64,000 nt of DNA from Hymenobacter sp. (lineage in GTDB: Bacteria > Bacteroidota > Bacteroidia > Cytophagales > Hymenobacteraceae), in assembly GCA_025353905.1 (NCBI GenBank), contig JANXNW010000268.1, positions 15,251 through 79,250 on the forward strand, given 5' to 3'. Below are positions 9,220 to 18,195 of this stretch, piece by piece. The position numbers and the translations under genes were made by a program. Position 1 is the first letter of the stretch. Each line of letters begins with the position of its first letter. The notes beneath the pieces are model-generated. The model was not told where the DNA came from. It worked only from the letters and a program-made list of their open reading frames with translations, and ran no database searches.

Positions 9220-9241
9220 GTGTACTATGATGCTAATACAC
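9220..9241. promoter_or_regulatory. YtrA-type operator palindrome GTGTACTA-N6-TAATACAC
   Basis: Near-perfect palindrome about 15 bp upstream of the ABC/GntR operon, matching the TGTAnTA-N6-TAnTACA pattern of YtrA-subfamily sites. Confidence 0.7.
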
Positions 9242-9313
9242 CGCAAACGTACAACGGGAAATTGGATAGTTGGTGCGGGGGTCGGAAAATTTATTTTTCG
9301 CGGAACAGGTAGC

Positions 9314-9511
9314 GGCGAGCGCGGGCGGGCGGCTTTTCGCCGCCCGCCCGCTTGGCGTTGTTCAGAACGGTGTGTGGGCACCAGTCAGACGCACCCAGGC
9401 AACGCCAAGCAAGATGCTCAATCAGAAGGCTTCGCCCGCGCTGCCGCCATCAGACGCACTCATGCAACGCCAAGCGGGCGGGCGGCGAAAAGCCGCCCGC
9501 CCGCGCTCGCC
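9314..9511. repeat. Composite palindromic element with 47-bp perfect inverted arms
   Basis: 9314-9360 is the reverse complement of 9465-9511. Each arm has its own hairpin, and tcagacgcac..a.gcaacgccaagc occurs twice. Confidence 0.85.
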
Positions 9512-9579
9512 CGTGCTCCAAACGTGCTTTATGTCGACCACATCAGCACATTAGCACATCAACCACATCAGCCCATCCA

Positions 9580-10812
9580 TCACAGCCGAATCAGCATCGG
9601 CATCCCGGCGGGTGGGCCTTTCGGAATTTTATAATCCTTCAAAAACGCCTTGATGGCGGCCGGGTCGTGCCCGAAGGCCAGCACCTCGGCTTCGAGCTGC
9701 CGGACGCGGCGCGTCAGCCCGGCTTTCTGTAGCTCGAAGTCGCGCACCATCGCGGTGGGGGTCGAAACCAGGAAGAACGGGCGCTTGGTGAAGGATGAAA
9801 CCTCGGCCTGCTCCTCGTACATGGCCTCGTCCAACTCACGGGCCTGCTCGCGCAAGAGCTTGTTATAGTGGCGCAATTCTTCTTCGGCCAGGCTTTCGAG
9901 GTGGCTCTGGTCGATGCGGTTCAGCTCCAATTGCAAGCGGAGCAACGTGAGCAGCTCGTTGGCCTCGTAAGCGGCCGTTACCTGCTGCAGGAGCACGGTT
10001 TTACGGATTTTTTCGGCCTCATCCCGCTCGCGGTCGGGGTGCAGCACTTTCACCAAATCCAAATACAGGCCGCGCACGGTTTTGGTGATGGTCTTTTCTT
10101 CGAGCTGCTTTTTTTCTTCGGCGGCCTGCTGCTTGGGGCTTTTCTTACGCTTGGCGCGGCGGGCTTCGTACTCGGCTTCCTCGGCCTCAAACTCGGCCTC
10201 CTGCTCGGCCATCTTGCTATCCATATACGCCTGCATCTTTTCGGGCGAGCTGACATCCACGTCGGGGTCGAACTTGATGCCGAACTGGGCCTCAAAAAGC
10301 GCTTTCATCATTTCCGCCGTCTGGCGGTCGGCCTCGGCATCTTCCTCGGGCGAGAGCGGCGGGGCATACTTGTCAATGATGGGTTGCAGGTCGGGGAAGC
10401 CACGCTCGGGCAGGTCAGCGCTGAACTCGCCGATGATGTTGGCCACTTTGCGCCGCTCGGTTTTGCTGAGCTTTTGCTCGTCGTGGGCGCGGTCGAGCAC
10501 CCGCACGAGCTGGGCGCGGGCCGCGTTGTGCGCGTGCTGCAAGGGGCGGTACTCGTTCTGCACCCGCTGGCGCAAAGCGGTGGCCGCGTCGCGGAAGTCG
10601 GCCAACTCCTTCTCCGCCTTGGCGATGCGGCTGGTAAGGCGGTTGAATTCCTTCTGGGCCTTCGAGCGGGCGGCATCGGTGGCATCGGGCCGGGCAATGC
10701 GCACGAGCTGCGGCTTGGCAGGTTTGGTGGGCGGGGCAGGCGCAAACGCGGCTTTGGATGCGGCTTTGGATGCGGGTTTGGATGCGGGCGCGGCGGTTTT
10801 TTTGGCGGGCAT
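9580..10812 (-). CDS. Coiled-coil protein with an internal J-domain-like HPD motif
   Basis: VRGLYLDLVKVLHPDRE...LLQQVTAAYE in the C-terminal half. The N-terminal ASKP/ASKA repeats are encoded by a 12-bp tandem repeat. Confidence 0.75.
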   Translation of the reverse strand: MPAKKTAAPASKPASKAASKAAFAPAPPTKPAKPQLVRIARPDATDAARSKAQKEFNRLTSRIAKAEKELADFRDAATALRQRVQNEYRPLQHAHNAARAQLVRVLDRAHDEQKLSKTERRKVANIIGEFSADLPERGFPDLQPIIDKYAPPLSPEEDAEADRQTAEMMKALFEAQFGIKFDPDVDVSSPEKMQAYMDSKMAEQEAEFEAEEAEYEARRAKRKKSPKQQAAEEKKQLEEKTITKTVRGLYLDLVKVLHPDRERDEAEKIRKTVLLQQVTAAYEANELLTLLRLQLELNRIDQSHLESLAEEELRHYNKLLREQARELDEAMYEEQAEVSSFTKRPFFLVSTPTAMVRDFELQKAGLTRRVRQLEAEVLAFGHDPAAIKAFLKDYKIPKGPPAGMPMLIRL

Positions 10813-10906
10813 GGCGGGCGACAAAAGGTGAGAGCTGGCCGCAAAGTAAAGTTGGCTGGTCGTAATCCTGGCCGTGGTGCCGGAGCTTGCTGGGCGCTTG
10901 TCTATC

Positions 10907-10964
10907 TATTTAGAAAAATTCCAGACAGTTGTTTGTAATCATTCTAGATAAGTCCTTACCTTTG
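10907..10964 (+). promoter_or_regulatory. Two Fur-box-like palindromes plus TACCTTTG -7 promoter
   Basis: tatttagaaaaattccagaca (10907-10927) and tgtttgtaatcattctagata (10930-10950) lie upstream of the TonB receptor. TACCTTTG is at 10957-10964. Confidence 0.6.
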
Positions 10965-10989
10965 TCGGGCAATTCAATTTTCCGACTTT

Positions 10990-13284
10990 ATGCTGAAGCT
11001 TCCTTATTTTATTCCGGCTGTTGTTACGCTTGCTATTCTTGTGACTACGAACGCTTTTGCCCAGCAGCAGCGACCAGCGGCGGCGGCCGACTCCGCTAAG
11101 CGGGCGCTGGCTTTGGAAGAAGTCACGATAACGGGCGCAGCGACGCACTTCGCGGCCCCGGTCGATGGCACGACCATCACCAGCGGGCGGCGCAACGAGG
11201 TCATCAAGCCCCGCGAAGTGGATGCCAACCTGGCCCAGAACAACGCCCGGCAGGTGCTGGGCCGGGTGCCGGGCCTGATGGTGTGGGAAAACGACGGCTC
11301 GGGCCAGCAAATCAACATCGCCACCCGCGGCCTGAGCCCCAACCGGAGTTGGGAATTCAACGTGCGCCAGAACGGCTACGACATCAGCTCCGACCCGTTT
11401 GGCTACCCCGAGGCGTACTACAATCCGCCGCTCGAAGCCGTGGACCGCATCCAGCTCCTGCGCGGCGGGGCGGGCTTGCAGTTCGGGCCGCAATTCGGGG
11501 GCCTGCTCAATTATGAGCTGCGGCGCGGCGCGCGCGACCGCAACATCGAGGTCGAAACCAGCAACACGGTCGGGGCCAACGGCTTATTTAACTCCTACAA
11601 CGCGGTGGGCGGCACCGTGGGTAAGTTGAATTATTACGCCTATTACCGGCGGCGGCAGGGCGATGGTTGGCGCGCGAACAACCGCTTTTCGGTGCACGAC
11701 CTGCACACCAACCTGCACTACCGCCTCTCGGACCGCCTCACGCTGGGCGCCGAGCTGACGTACATGACCTACCAGATTCAGCAGCCGGGCGGGCTGACCG
11801 ACGCGCAAGTGACGGACGACGCGCGGCAAAGCTTTCGGGGGCGCAACTGGCTCAGCACGCCCTGGCTGGTGCCGGCGCTCACGCTCGACTACCAGGCCAG
11901 CGAGCGCACCCGCTTCACGCTCAAGACGTTCGGGCTAATCGGCGAGCGTAATTCGGTAGGCTTCGTGGCCCCGATTACCACTCCCGACACCGTGAACCGC
12001 CGCACTGGGCAATTTGCGGTTCGGCAGGTGGACCGTGACACGTACCGCAACCTCGGCTCGGAGCTGCGCCTGACCCACGAAATGAACCTCGTGGGCGGTC
12101 TGCGCTCGACGCTCGCCGCCGGCCTGCGCCTGAGCCGGGCCACGACCATCCGGCAGCAGCGCGGCGTGGGCAGCACCGGCACCGACTTTGATTTGAGCTC
12201 AGCAAACGGCGGCAGCGGCGCGGCGGCCGGCCGCTACGCCGCCGATTTGAGCTTTTCGACCACCAACGCTGCCGCGTTTGCCGAGCTGCTGCTGCGCCTC
12301 AGCCCGCGCCTGAGCGTCACGCCGGGGGTGCGGGCCGAGTGGCTGCGCAACACGGCCGGCGGCTACCTAAGCTTGAATGCCAACGGCTCGGCCAACGCCC
12401 TCGACCAGGCCAGCACCCGGCGCGTGCTGCTCTACGGGCTGGGTACGGAGTACCAGGTGAGCGAGCATACCAACCTGTACGCCAACTACTCGCGCGCTTT
12501 CCGGCCGGTGCTCTTCGGCGACCTCGTGCCGCCGGCTACCACCGATGTCATCGACCCCAACCTGAAAGATGCCCGTGGCTACACCGCCGAAATCGGCTAC
12601 CGCGGGCAGGTGGCCCAGGTGCTGCGCTTCGATGTGGGCTATTATTACCTGAGCTACCAGGACCGCATCGGGCTGCTGCGGCAGGCGCTGCCGGGCGGGC
12701 AGCCAGGCCAGACCCAGCAGCTGCGCACCAACCTCGGCGACTCGCGCACCCACGGCCTCGAAGCCTACGCCGAGTTCGACCTGATTCACGGCCTCACCCG
12801 CGACTTCACCCTGCCCCACCTCGACTGGTTCGTCGCCCTGAGCCTGCTCGACGCGCGCTACACGTCCTTACGCACGTTCTCGACCACGGGCACGGGCACC
12901 AACACCCAAATCGTGGAAACGAGCCTGCAAAACAAAGAGGTCGAAAACGCCCCCCGCCAGACGCTGCGTTCGGGCCTCACGTTCGCCCACAAAGGGCTGT
13001 CGCTCACCACGCAAGTGAGCCGCGTCGGCGCCACCTTCGCCGATGCCGGCAACACGGCCTCGCCCACCGCCAACGCCCAGGCCGGCCGCATCCCCGCCTA
13101 TACCGTCGCCGACTTGTCGGCCACCTACAAAATTGGCCCGCGCGACCGCTACCGCCTCAGCGGCGGCCTGAACAACGTCTTCGATGCCCGCTATTTCACC
13201 CGCCGCGCCGGTGGCTATCCAGGGCCGGGCGCGCTGCCCGCTGACGGCCAGACGTGGTATCTGGGGTTGGGACTGACGCTGTGA
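10990..13284 (+). CDS. TonB-dependent receptor (FecA-like)
   Basis: Signal peptide, LEEVTITG TonB-box region, plug RGLSPNRS...PEAYYNPP...RIQLLRGG, C-terminal NNVFDARYFTRR...YLGLGLTL. Confidence 0.95.
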   Translation: MLKLPYFIPAVVTLAILVTTNAFAQQQRPAAAADSAKRALALEEVTITGAATHFAAPVDGTTITSGRRNEVIKPREVDANLAQNNARQVLGRVPGLMVWENDGSGQQINIATRGLSPNRSWEFNVRQNGYDISSDPFGYPEAYYNPPLEAVDRIQLLRGGAGLQFGPQFGGLLNYELRRGARDRNIEVETSNTVGANGLFNSYNAVGGTVGKLNYYAYYRRRQGDGWRANNRFSVHDLHTNLHYRLSDRLTLGAELTYMTYQIQQPGGLTDAQVTDDARQSFRGRNWLSTPWLVPALTLDYQASERTRFTLKTFGLIGERNSVGFVAPITTPDTVNRRTGQFAVRQVDRDTYRNLGSELRLTHEMNLVGGLRSTLAAGLRLSRATTIRQQRGVGSTGTDFDLSSANGGSGAAAGRYAADLSFSTTNAAAFAELLLRLSPRLSVTPGVRAEWLRNTAGGYLSLNANGSANALDQASTRRVLLYGLGTEYQVSEHTNLYANYSRAFRPVLFGDLVPPATTDVIDPNLKDARGYTAEIGYRGQVAQVLRFDVGYYYLSYQDRIGLLRQALPGGQPGQTQQLRTNLGDSRTHGLEAYAEFDLIHGLTRDFTLPHLDWFVALSLLDARYTSLRTFSTTGTGTNTQIVETSLQNKEVENAPRQTLRSGLTFAHKGLSLTTQVSRVGATFADAGNTASPTANAQAGRIPAYTVADLSATYKIGPRDRYRLSGGLNNVFDARYFTRRAGGYPGPGALPADGQTWYLGLGLTL

Positions 13285-13291
13285 GGGTGAA

Positions 13292-13783
13292 TCAGGAGGC
13301 TACCAGCGGCTCGACCGCCAGCAGTGCGTCGCCGTGCGTCTGTTGAGCTTGCGCTACGTCGTAATCGTTTTGTAGCCCCAGCCAGAATTTGGGTGAGTTG
13401 TTGAAATAGCGTCCCAGCCGTAGTGCCGTGTCAGCCGTGATGCGGCGGCGACCCTTCATGATTTGCAAAATCCGAGTAGGTGAAATTTGCAGGCTCTGAG
13501 CTAACTGGCTGGCACTGATACCCCGAGTGCCGACAAACTCTATACGTAATATTTCGCCGGGATGGGTAGCGGGCAAGTGGCTGAGCATTGTCGCGGCTTT
13601 CAACACGTTCGGTTTTTGAACTACCTTATTTTTCGTAGCCAACTTCATTCGCCCCCCAGCTCCAGGTTTTGCGCCAGCTCGCCGTTGCAGTTCACGCGCA
13701 ATGATTTCCGCGCCGCGTCGCGCAATTAATTCTTGCTCACCAGCCTCAGTCAAAAAATCGGAAGTGCCCAGCCAGGGTTTCAT
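13292..13783 (-). CDS. HigA-family HTH antitoxin with ~65-aa N-terminal extension (alternative start 13588)
   Basis: THPGEILR.EF...SQLAQSLQISPTRILQIMKGRRRITADTALRLGRYFNNSPKFWLGLQNDYD. The ATG at 13783 overlaps the upstream stop (ATGA). Confidence 0.9.
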   Translation of the reverse strand: MKPWLGTSDFLTEAGEQELIARRGAEIIARELQRRAGAKPGAGGRMKLATKNKVVQKPNVLKAATMLSHLPATHPGEILRIEFVGTRGISASQLAQSLQISPTRILQIMKGRRRITADTALRLGRYFNNSPKFWLGLQNDYDVAQAQQTHGDALLAVEPLVAS

Positions 13784-14283
13784 AATGCTTCGGTTTGAGT
13801 AGGTAAATGTAAGGCTTTGAGGAGCCACGTGGCCGCTCCACTCAAACGCCGTTCGTATTTGACTTGGTTCAGGTCTTTTCTTACCGCCCGTTCCGCCCGT
13901 TGCCGCTCTACCTGAGCCAGCTCGTAACAAAGGCGCACGTCCCAGCCCTGGGCAGGGCGCACCAGGCGATGCACCTGCCGGCCGGCAACCACTCGCATTT
14001 CCTGTAAGTCGTTATCGTGAGCGAACAAAATGTCTCGGACACTGAAGAACGCGCCCGACGGGTGATTGTGGGTAAAATAGCCGTGTTGCATCCGCGCCTC
14101 CTCTTCCGGCGTGAACCCAATGCGGTCGGCCTCGCCAACCCGCCGCACGAGTAGCTGACCCTCGGCATCCAACACAAATGCTACCTCAACGGGAATCGCA
14201 ATAAGCTGTCTTTCCAAGCTGTGCACTAGTTCCTGAAGCGGCAGGGCGGCATTCAGCACTACAGATTCTAAATCGAACGCCAT
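13780..14283 (-). CDS. JAB/MPN-like putative metalloenzyme of the type seen in phage MuF-associated domains
   Basis: E(33)...DAEG...G...FTHNHPSGAFFSVRDI...EMRVV...RPAQGW, a JAMM-like E..HxH..SxxD arrangement. Confidence 0.65.
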   Translation of the reverse strand: MAFDLESVVLNAALPLQELVHSLERQLIAIPVEVAFVLDAEGQLLVRRVGEADRIGFTPEEEARMQHGYFTHNHPSGAFFSVRDILFAHDNDLQEMRVVAGRQVHRLVRPAQGWDVRLCYELAQVERQRAERAVRKDLNQVKYERRLSGAATWLLKALHLPTQTEAL

Positions 14284-14286
14284 TCC

Positions 14287-15927
14287 TCACACCTGCATCA
14301 CGCCCACGTTGTACGCCCGCTCAATCGGGGCGTGGTTTGCCGCCGCGATGCCTTCGGAAATAACCTTGCGCGTTTCCAGCGGGTCAATCACGGCATCGAC
14401 CCAGAGGCGGGCCGCCGCGTAATAGGGCGATAGTTGTTCCTCGTAGCGGGCCTTGATGCGGTCGAGCAATTCCTTTTCGGCTTCGGGCGTGATGATTTCG
14501 CCTTTGGCTTTGAGGCTGGCCACCTGAATTTGCAGCAGCGTGTTGGCCGCCGCCGCGCCGCTCATCACCGCCAGCTGGGCCGTGGGCCAGGCCACTATCA
14601 GGCGCGGGTCGTAGGCTTTGCCGCAGAGCGCGTAATTGCCGGCCCCGTAGCTGTTGCCGATAATGACCGTGAACTTGGGCACCACCGAGTTGCTCATGGC
14701 GCTGACCAGCTTCGCGCCGTCCTTGATGATGCCGCCCTGCTCGCTGGCGCTGCCCACCATGAAGCCCGACACGTCGTGCAGAAACACCAGCGGAATGCGC
14801 TGCTGGTTGCAGTTCATGATGAAGCGGGCAGCTTTATCGGCCGAGTCCGAATAAATGACGCCGCCCATCTGCATGCCGGTTTTTTTGCTTTTCACGATTT
14901 TGCGCTGGTTGGCCACGATGCCCACCGCCCAGCCCTCGACCCGCGCCAGCCCGCAAAGCAGCGTCTGGCCGTAGTCGGGCTTGTACTGGTCGAACTCCGA
15001 CTTATCGACCAACCGTTTAATCAGCTCCAGCATGTCGTAGGGCTTGGCGCGGTCGGCGGGCAGCAGGCCGTAGATTTCCTGCTCGGGCAGGGCCGGCGGG
15101 GCGGGCGCGGCCCGGTCGAAACCGGCCAGCGGGCGCGCGCCCATTTTGTCGAAAATAGCGCGGATGTGGTCGAGGCAGGCGGCATCGTTGTCGAATTTAT
15201 TATCCGTCACGCCCGAAATTTCACAGTGCATGGCCGCCCCGCCGAGCGCCTCGTTGTCGATGGTTTCGCCGATGGCGGATTTGACCAGATACGAGCCGGC
15301 CAGAAACACCGAGCCGGTGCCCGATACAATCATGGCCTCATCAGACATTATTGGCAAATACGCCCCGCCCGCCACGCATGGCCCCATAATGGCCGCTATT
15401 TGCACGATGCCCAGGCTCGACATCACGGCGTTATTTCTAAATATTCGGCCGAAATGTTCCTTGTCGGGAAATATTTCGTCCTGCATCGGCAAGTACACGC
15501 CGGCCGAATCAACCAGATAAATTATCGGTATTTTATTTTCGATACTTATTTCCTGGGCGCGTAAATTCTTCTTGGCCGTAATCGGAAACCACGCGCCGGC
15601 TTTGACGGTGGCATCGTTAGCCACCACCACCACCTGCCGGCCGCGCACGTAGCCGAGCACCACTACCACGCCGCCCCCTGGGCAGCCGCCTTCTTCCGGG
15701 TACATGCCCTCGCCGGCGAAAGCCCCGATTTCGACCTGCGGCGCGCCCTTATCCAGTAAATACTCGATGCGCTCGCGGGCGGGCATCTTGCCTTTGGCGC
15801 GGTGGGCGGCGAGGCGCTTTTCGCCGCCGCCGAGCTTCACGGTTTCTGTCTTTTTGCGCAGCTGGAATAGCAGCTGTTTTATCTGGTCGTCGTTTTTATT
15901 GAATTCGAGGGTTTGGGCGGGACTCAC
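14287..15927 (-). CDS. Acyl-CoA carboxylase carboxyltransferase (methylcrotonyl-CoA carboxylase beta-like)
   Basis: ANDATVKAGAW, KKNLRAQEI, LVDSAGVYLP, CVAGGAYLP, SYGAGNYALCGKAYDP. Confidence 0.95.
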   Translation of the reverse strand: MSPAQTLEFNKNDDQIKQLLFQLRKKTETVKLGGGEKRLAAHRAKGKMPARERIEYLLDKGAPQVEIGAFAGEGMYPEEGGCPGGGVVVVLGYVRGRQVVVVANDATVKAGAWFPITAKKNLRAQEISIENKIPIIYLVDSAGVYLPMQDEIFPDKEHFGRIFRNNAVMSSLGIVQIAAIMGPCVAGGAYLPIMSDEAMIVSGTGSVFLAGSYLVKSAIGETIDNEALGGAAMHCEISGVTDNKFDNDAACLDHIRAIFDKMGARPLAGFDRAAPAPPALPEQEIYGLLPADRAKPYDMLELIKRLVDKSEFDQYKPDYGQTLLCGLARVEGWAVGIVANQRKIVKSKKTGMQMGGVIYSDSADKAARFIMNCNQQRIPLVFLHDVSGFMVGSASEQGGIIKDGAKLVSAMSNSVVPKFTVIIGNSYGAGNYALCGKAYDPRLIVAWPTAQLAVMSGAAAANTLLQIQVASLKAKGEIITPEAEKELLDRIKARYEEQLSPYYAAARLWVDAVIDPLETRKVISEGIAAANHAPIERAYNVGVMQV

Positions 15928-15962
15928 GGGCGGGGTGGGCTTGAGGGAAAGAGTGGGGCAAG

Positions 15963-15985
15963 AAAAAACCCGCCGAAGCGGGTTT
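15963..15985 (-). terminator. Intrinsic terminator downstream of mlaD
   Basis: Minus strand aaacccgc-ttcg-gcgggtttttt. Confidence 0.6.
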
Positions 15986-15990
15986 CAAAG

Positions 15991-16048
15991 GTAGGACGCA
16001 GCCTTTGCTGCGTCCCGCGCGCAAGACGCAGCAAAGGCTGCGTCCTAC
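15991..16048. repeat. GTAG-type REP doublet
   Basis: Same unit as 5351-5433. Overlaps the mlaD TAG stop. Confidence 0.9.
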
Positions 16049-17043
16049 TTCACACTCGAAGTCTGCTTGACTTCCGTCGTCGTCGTGCCATTCGGGCTGA
16101 CGGTGGTTTCGGTTTTCTTCTTGTCTTTGCCCCCGCCAAACACCGAGAAATGCACGTAGCGCTTCGGATTGGCCTGCAGGTCCTTGATAAGCGCGTCCGA
16201 GCTGGCGGCCGTGGCCGACAGGTTACGGTAGAGGGTCGAGTCGTTGATGAGCTTGCCGAGCGAGCCTTTCTGATTGGTGAGCGACGAGTTGACGCTCTTG
16301 AGCGCGCCCTGGGCTTCGGCGAGCGTCGAGTTGAGGCGGCGCAGACCCGGACCAATCGGGGCGCTTTTGAGCGAATCTGAAAGCTGGGCGAAGTTGCTGG
16401 CGATGCGGTCGAGCTTGGCCGTGCTCTTATTGAGGGCCGCGCTCATCTGGGCGAAGTTGCGGGTTATCTGATTAATATTAGCCTGGTTGGCGATAATGAG
16501 CGCCTGCAACGCCTCCGTGCTGCCGCGCGCCCCCTTAAGCGTACCCTGAATGCTGAGCTCGGTGTCCTTATTCAAAAACGCGTTGATGTGTGAGAGCGTG
16601 GACCCCACCGTGTCGAGCACGGGCAGGGCTTTGGCCTGAAACGCGTCGGCGATGCCGATGGCCGTGGTCGTGCGGATGGTTTCACCGCCCGTGAAGGTTT
16701 TCGTGTTGCGGCCCAGCAGCAGCGTAATCGACTTGGAGCCCAGCAGCGAGCCGCTCAGCCCGGCCTTGGTAGAGTCGCCCACCGTGATGCCCTTATCCAG
16801 TTCCAGCGCCGCCCGCACCACGTTGTTTTGCTCCGGCATCAGCTCCAGGCTTTTCACCTGACCCACCTTGTAGCCGTTGAGCACGACCTGCGCGCCCGCA
16901 TTCAGCCCTTCCACGCTGGGATAAACCGCGTAGTAGGTTTTGTTGCTGGACAGCACGTTGCTGCCCCGCAAAAAGTTGAAGCCAATGAACAGGGCCACGA
17001 GCGCAACGATGGCCAGCAGGCCGACTTTTATTTCTTTAGTCAC
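16045..17043 (-). CDS. MlaD/MCE family protein
   Basis: KEIKVGLL TM anchor; YYAVYPSVEGL..GAQVVLNGYKVGQV; GSLGKLINDSTLY; NPKRYVHFSVFG. Confidence 0.92.
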   Translation of the reverse strand: MTKEIKVGLLAIVALVALFIGFNFLRGSNVLSSNKTYYAVYPSVEGLNAGAQVVLNGYKVGQVKSLELMPEQNNVVRAALELDKGITVGDSTKAGLSGSLLGSKSITLLLGRNTKTFTGGETIRTTTAIGIADAFQAKALPVLDTVGSTLSHINAFLNKDTELSIQGTLKGARGSTEALQALIIANQANINQITRNFAQMSAALNKSTAKLDRIASNFAQLSDSLKSAPIGPGLRRLNSTLAEAQGALKSVNSSLTNQKGSLGKLINDSTLYRNLSATAASSDALIKDLQANPKRYVHFSVFGGGKDKKKTETTVSPNGTTTTEVKQTSSVK

Positions 17044-17258
17044 GGGATTGCAGAGGTTAAGCAGGTAAAAAGCCGTCTGCGCGCGCAACCGGCCAGCTTA
17101 TCGGCCCTTAACGTAAACGCGGGCCGGATGTTGGAAAAGTAGGAGCGCGTCGCACGCGCCCGCTCGTTGAGGAGTCGTTGAAGAGTTGAAGAGCGATTGC
17201 TCGGCCGGGTAGCCCGTGCCTGGACCCAGCTGGCCAACCGGACGCGTACGACGCGCCC

Positions 17259-18089
17259 CTACCTGCCTTCAATGTCCTTTTTGTACGCCCGAAACGCTTG
17301 GTAGATGCCGCCGGCGATGGCTTGCTGGCCGGCGCGCGCGCCGAGGTAGCGCTCTTCGCGGCGGTCGGTGAGAAAGCCCGACTCGACCAGCACCGAGGGC
17401 ATGGTTGATTTCCAGAGCACCAGGAAGCCCGCCTGCTTCACCCCGCGCGACTCGCGGCCCACGCCGGCACGAAACTGCCGGTCGATGCGCTGGGCCAGGC
17501 GCAGCGAGTTGGTAATGTAGGCGCTTTGGAAGAGCGAGAACAGGATGTGCGACTGCGGCGAGCGCGGGTCGAAGCCGTTGTAGCGGCGCTGGTAGTCTTT
17601 CTCGAAGAGGATGGCCGAGTTTTCGCGCTGGGCCACGCCCAGGTTGGCGGTGGTTTTGTGCAGGCCCATCGTCCAGACTTCGGTGCCGCGCGAGCCGGGC
17701 GGGCCGGCATTGCAGTGCACCGAGATGAAGAGGTCGGCGTGGGCGCGGTTGGCGATGGCGGCCCGCTCGTCGAGTTGGATAAAAACATCCGTTTTGCGGG
17801 TGTAAATCACCTTCACGTCGGGCATATTCGTTTCAATCTGCCGGCCCAGGTCTTTGATGATGGCCAGCGCCACGTCAGCCTCCTGGTGGCTGCGGCCCGA
17901 GCAGCCGTTGTCTTTGCCGCCATGGCCGGCGTCGAGCACGACGGTGCGCAGGCGGTACTTTTTGTAAGCCGAGCCGTTGGGGGCAGTGGCGGTGCTGTCG
18001 GCCAACGAGTCGGCGGGGGTTTGCACCGCGTGGGAGCCCGCCGCCAGCAGGCAGCCGGCCAGGGTGAGGCAGAGCGCAATAATCCGCAC
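17259..18089 (-). CDS. N-acetylmuramoyl-L-alanine amidase (Amidase_3)
   Basis: VVLDAGHGGKD, ERAAIAN..ADLFISVHCN, VKQAGFLVL, PSVLVESGF. Confidence 0.95.
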   Translation of the reverse strand: MRIIALCLTLAGCLLAAGSHAVQTPADSLADSTATAPNGSAYKKYRLRTVVLDAGHGGKDNGCSGRSHQEADVALAIIKDLGRQIETNMPDVKVIYTRKTDVFIQLDERAAIANRAHADLFISVHCNAGPPGSRGTEVWTMGLHKTTANLGVAQRENSAILFEKDYQRRYNGFDPRSPQSHILFSLFQSAYITNSLRLAQRIDRQFRAGVGRESRGVKQAGFLVLWKSTMPSVLVESGFLTDRREERYLGARAGQQAIAGGIYQAFRAYKKDIEGR

Positions 18090-18195
18090 GGCGGTCGTTG
18101 AGGGTGAAAAAAGCAGAAAAGCGGCTTAGGCCGCAACCCCAGGCGGGGCGGGCGGCCTCTTATCTTTGCGAGGAGCCCCAAAAGTAGCTCGTTCC

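Noticed and set aside
10748-10787. 12-bp tandem repeat as a phase-variation switch
   Set aside because: The unit is a multiple of 3 and only changes the length of a low-complexity linker.
10830-10990. Cobalamin or TPP riboswitch upstream of the TonB receptor
   Set aside because: No B12-box or TPP consensus is visible, and the -7 promoter is only about 25 bp from the ATG, leaving no room.
13780-14283. RadC call for the HNHPSG protein
   Set aside because: It lacks the RadC HPRE and DHII motifs and the HhH region, and the H-to-S spacing differs.
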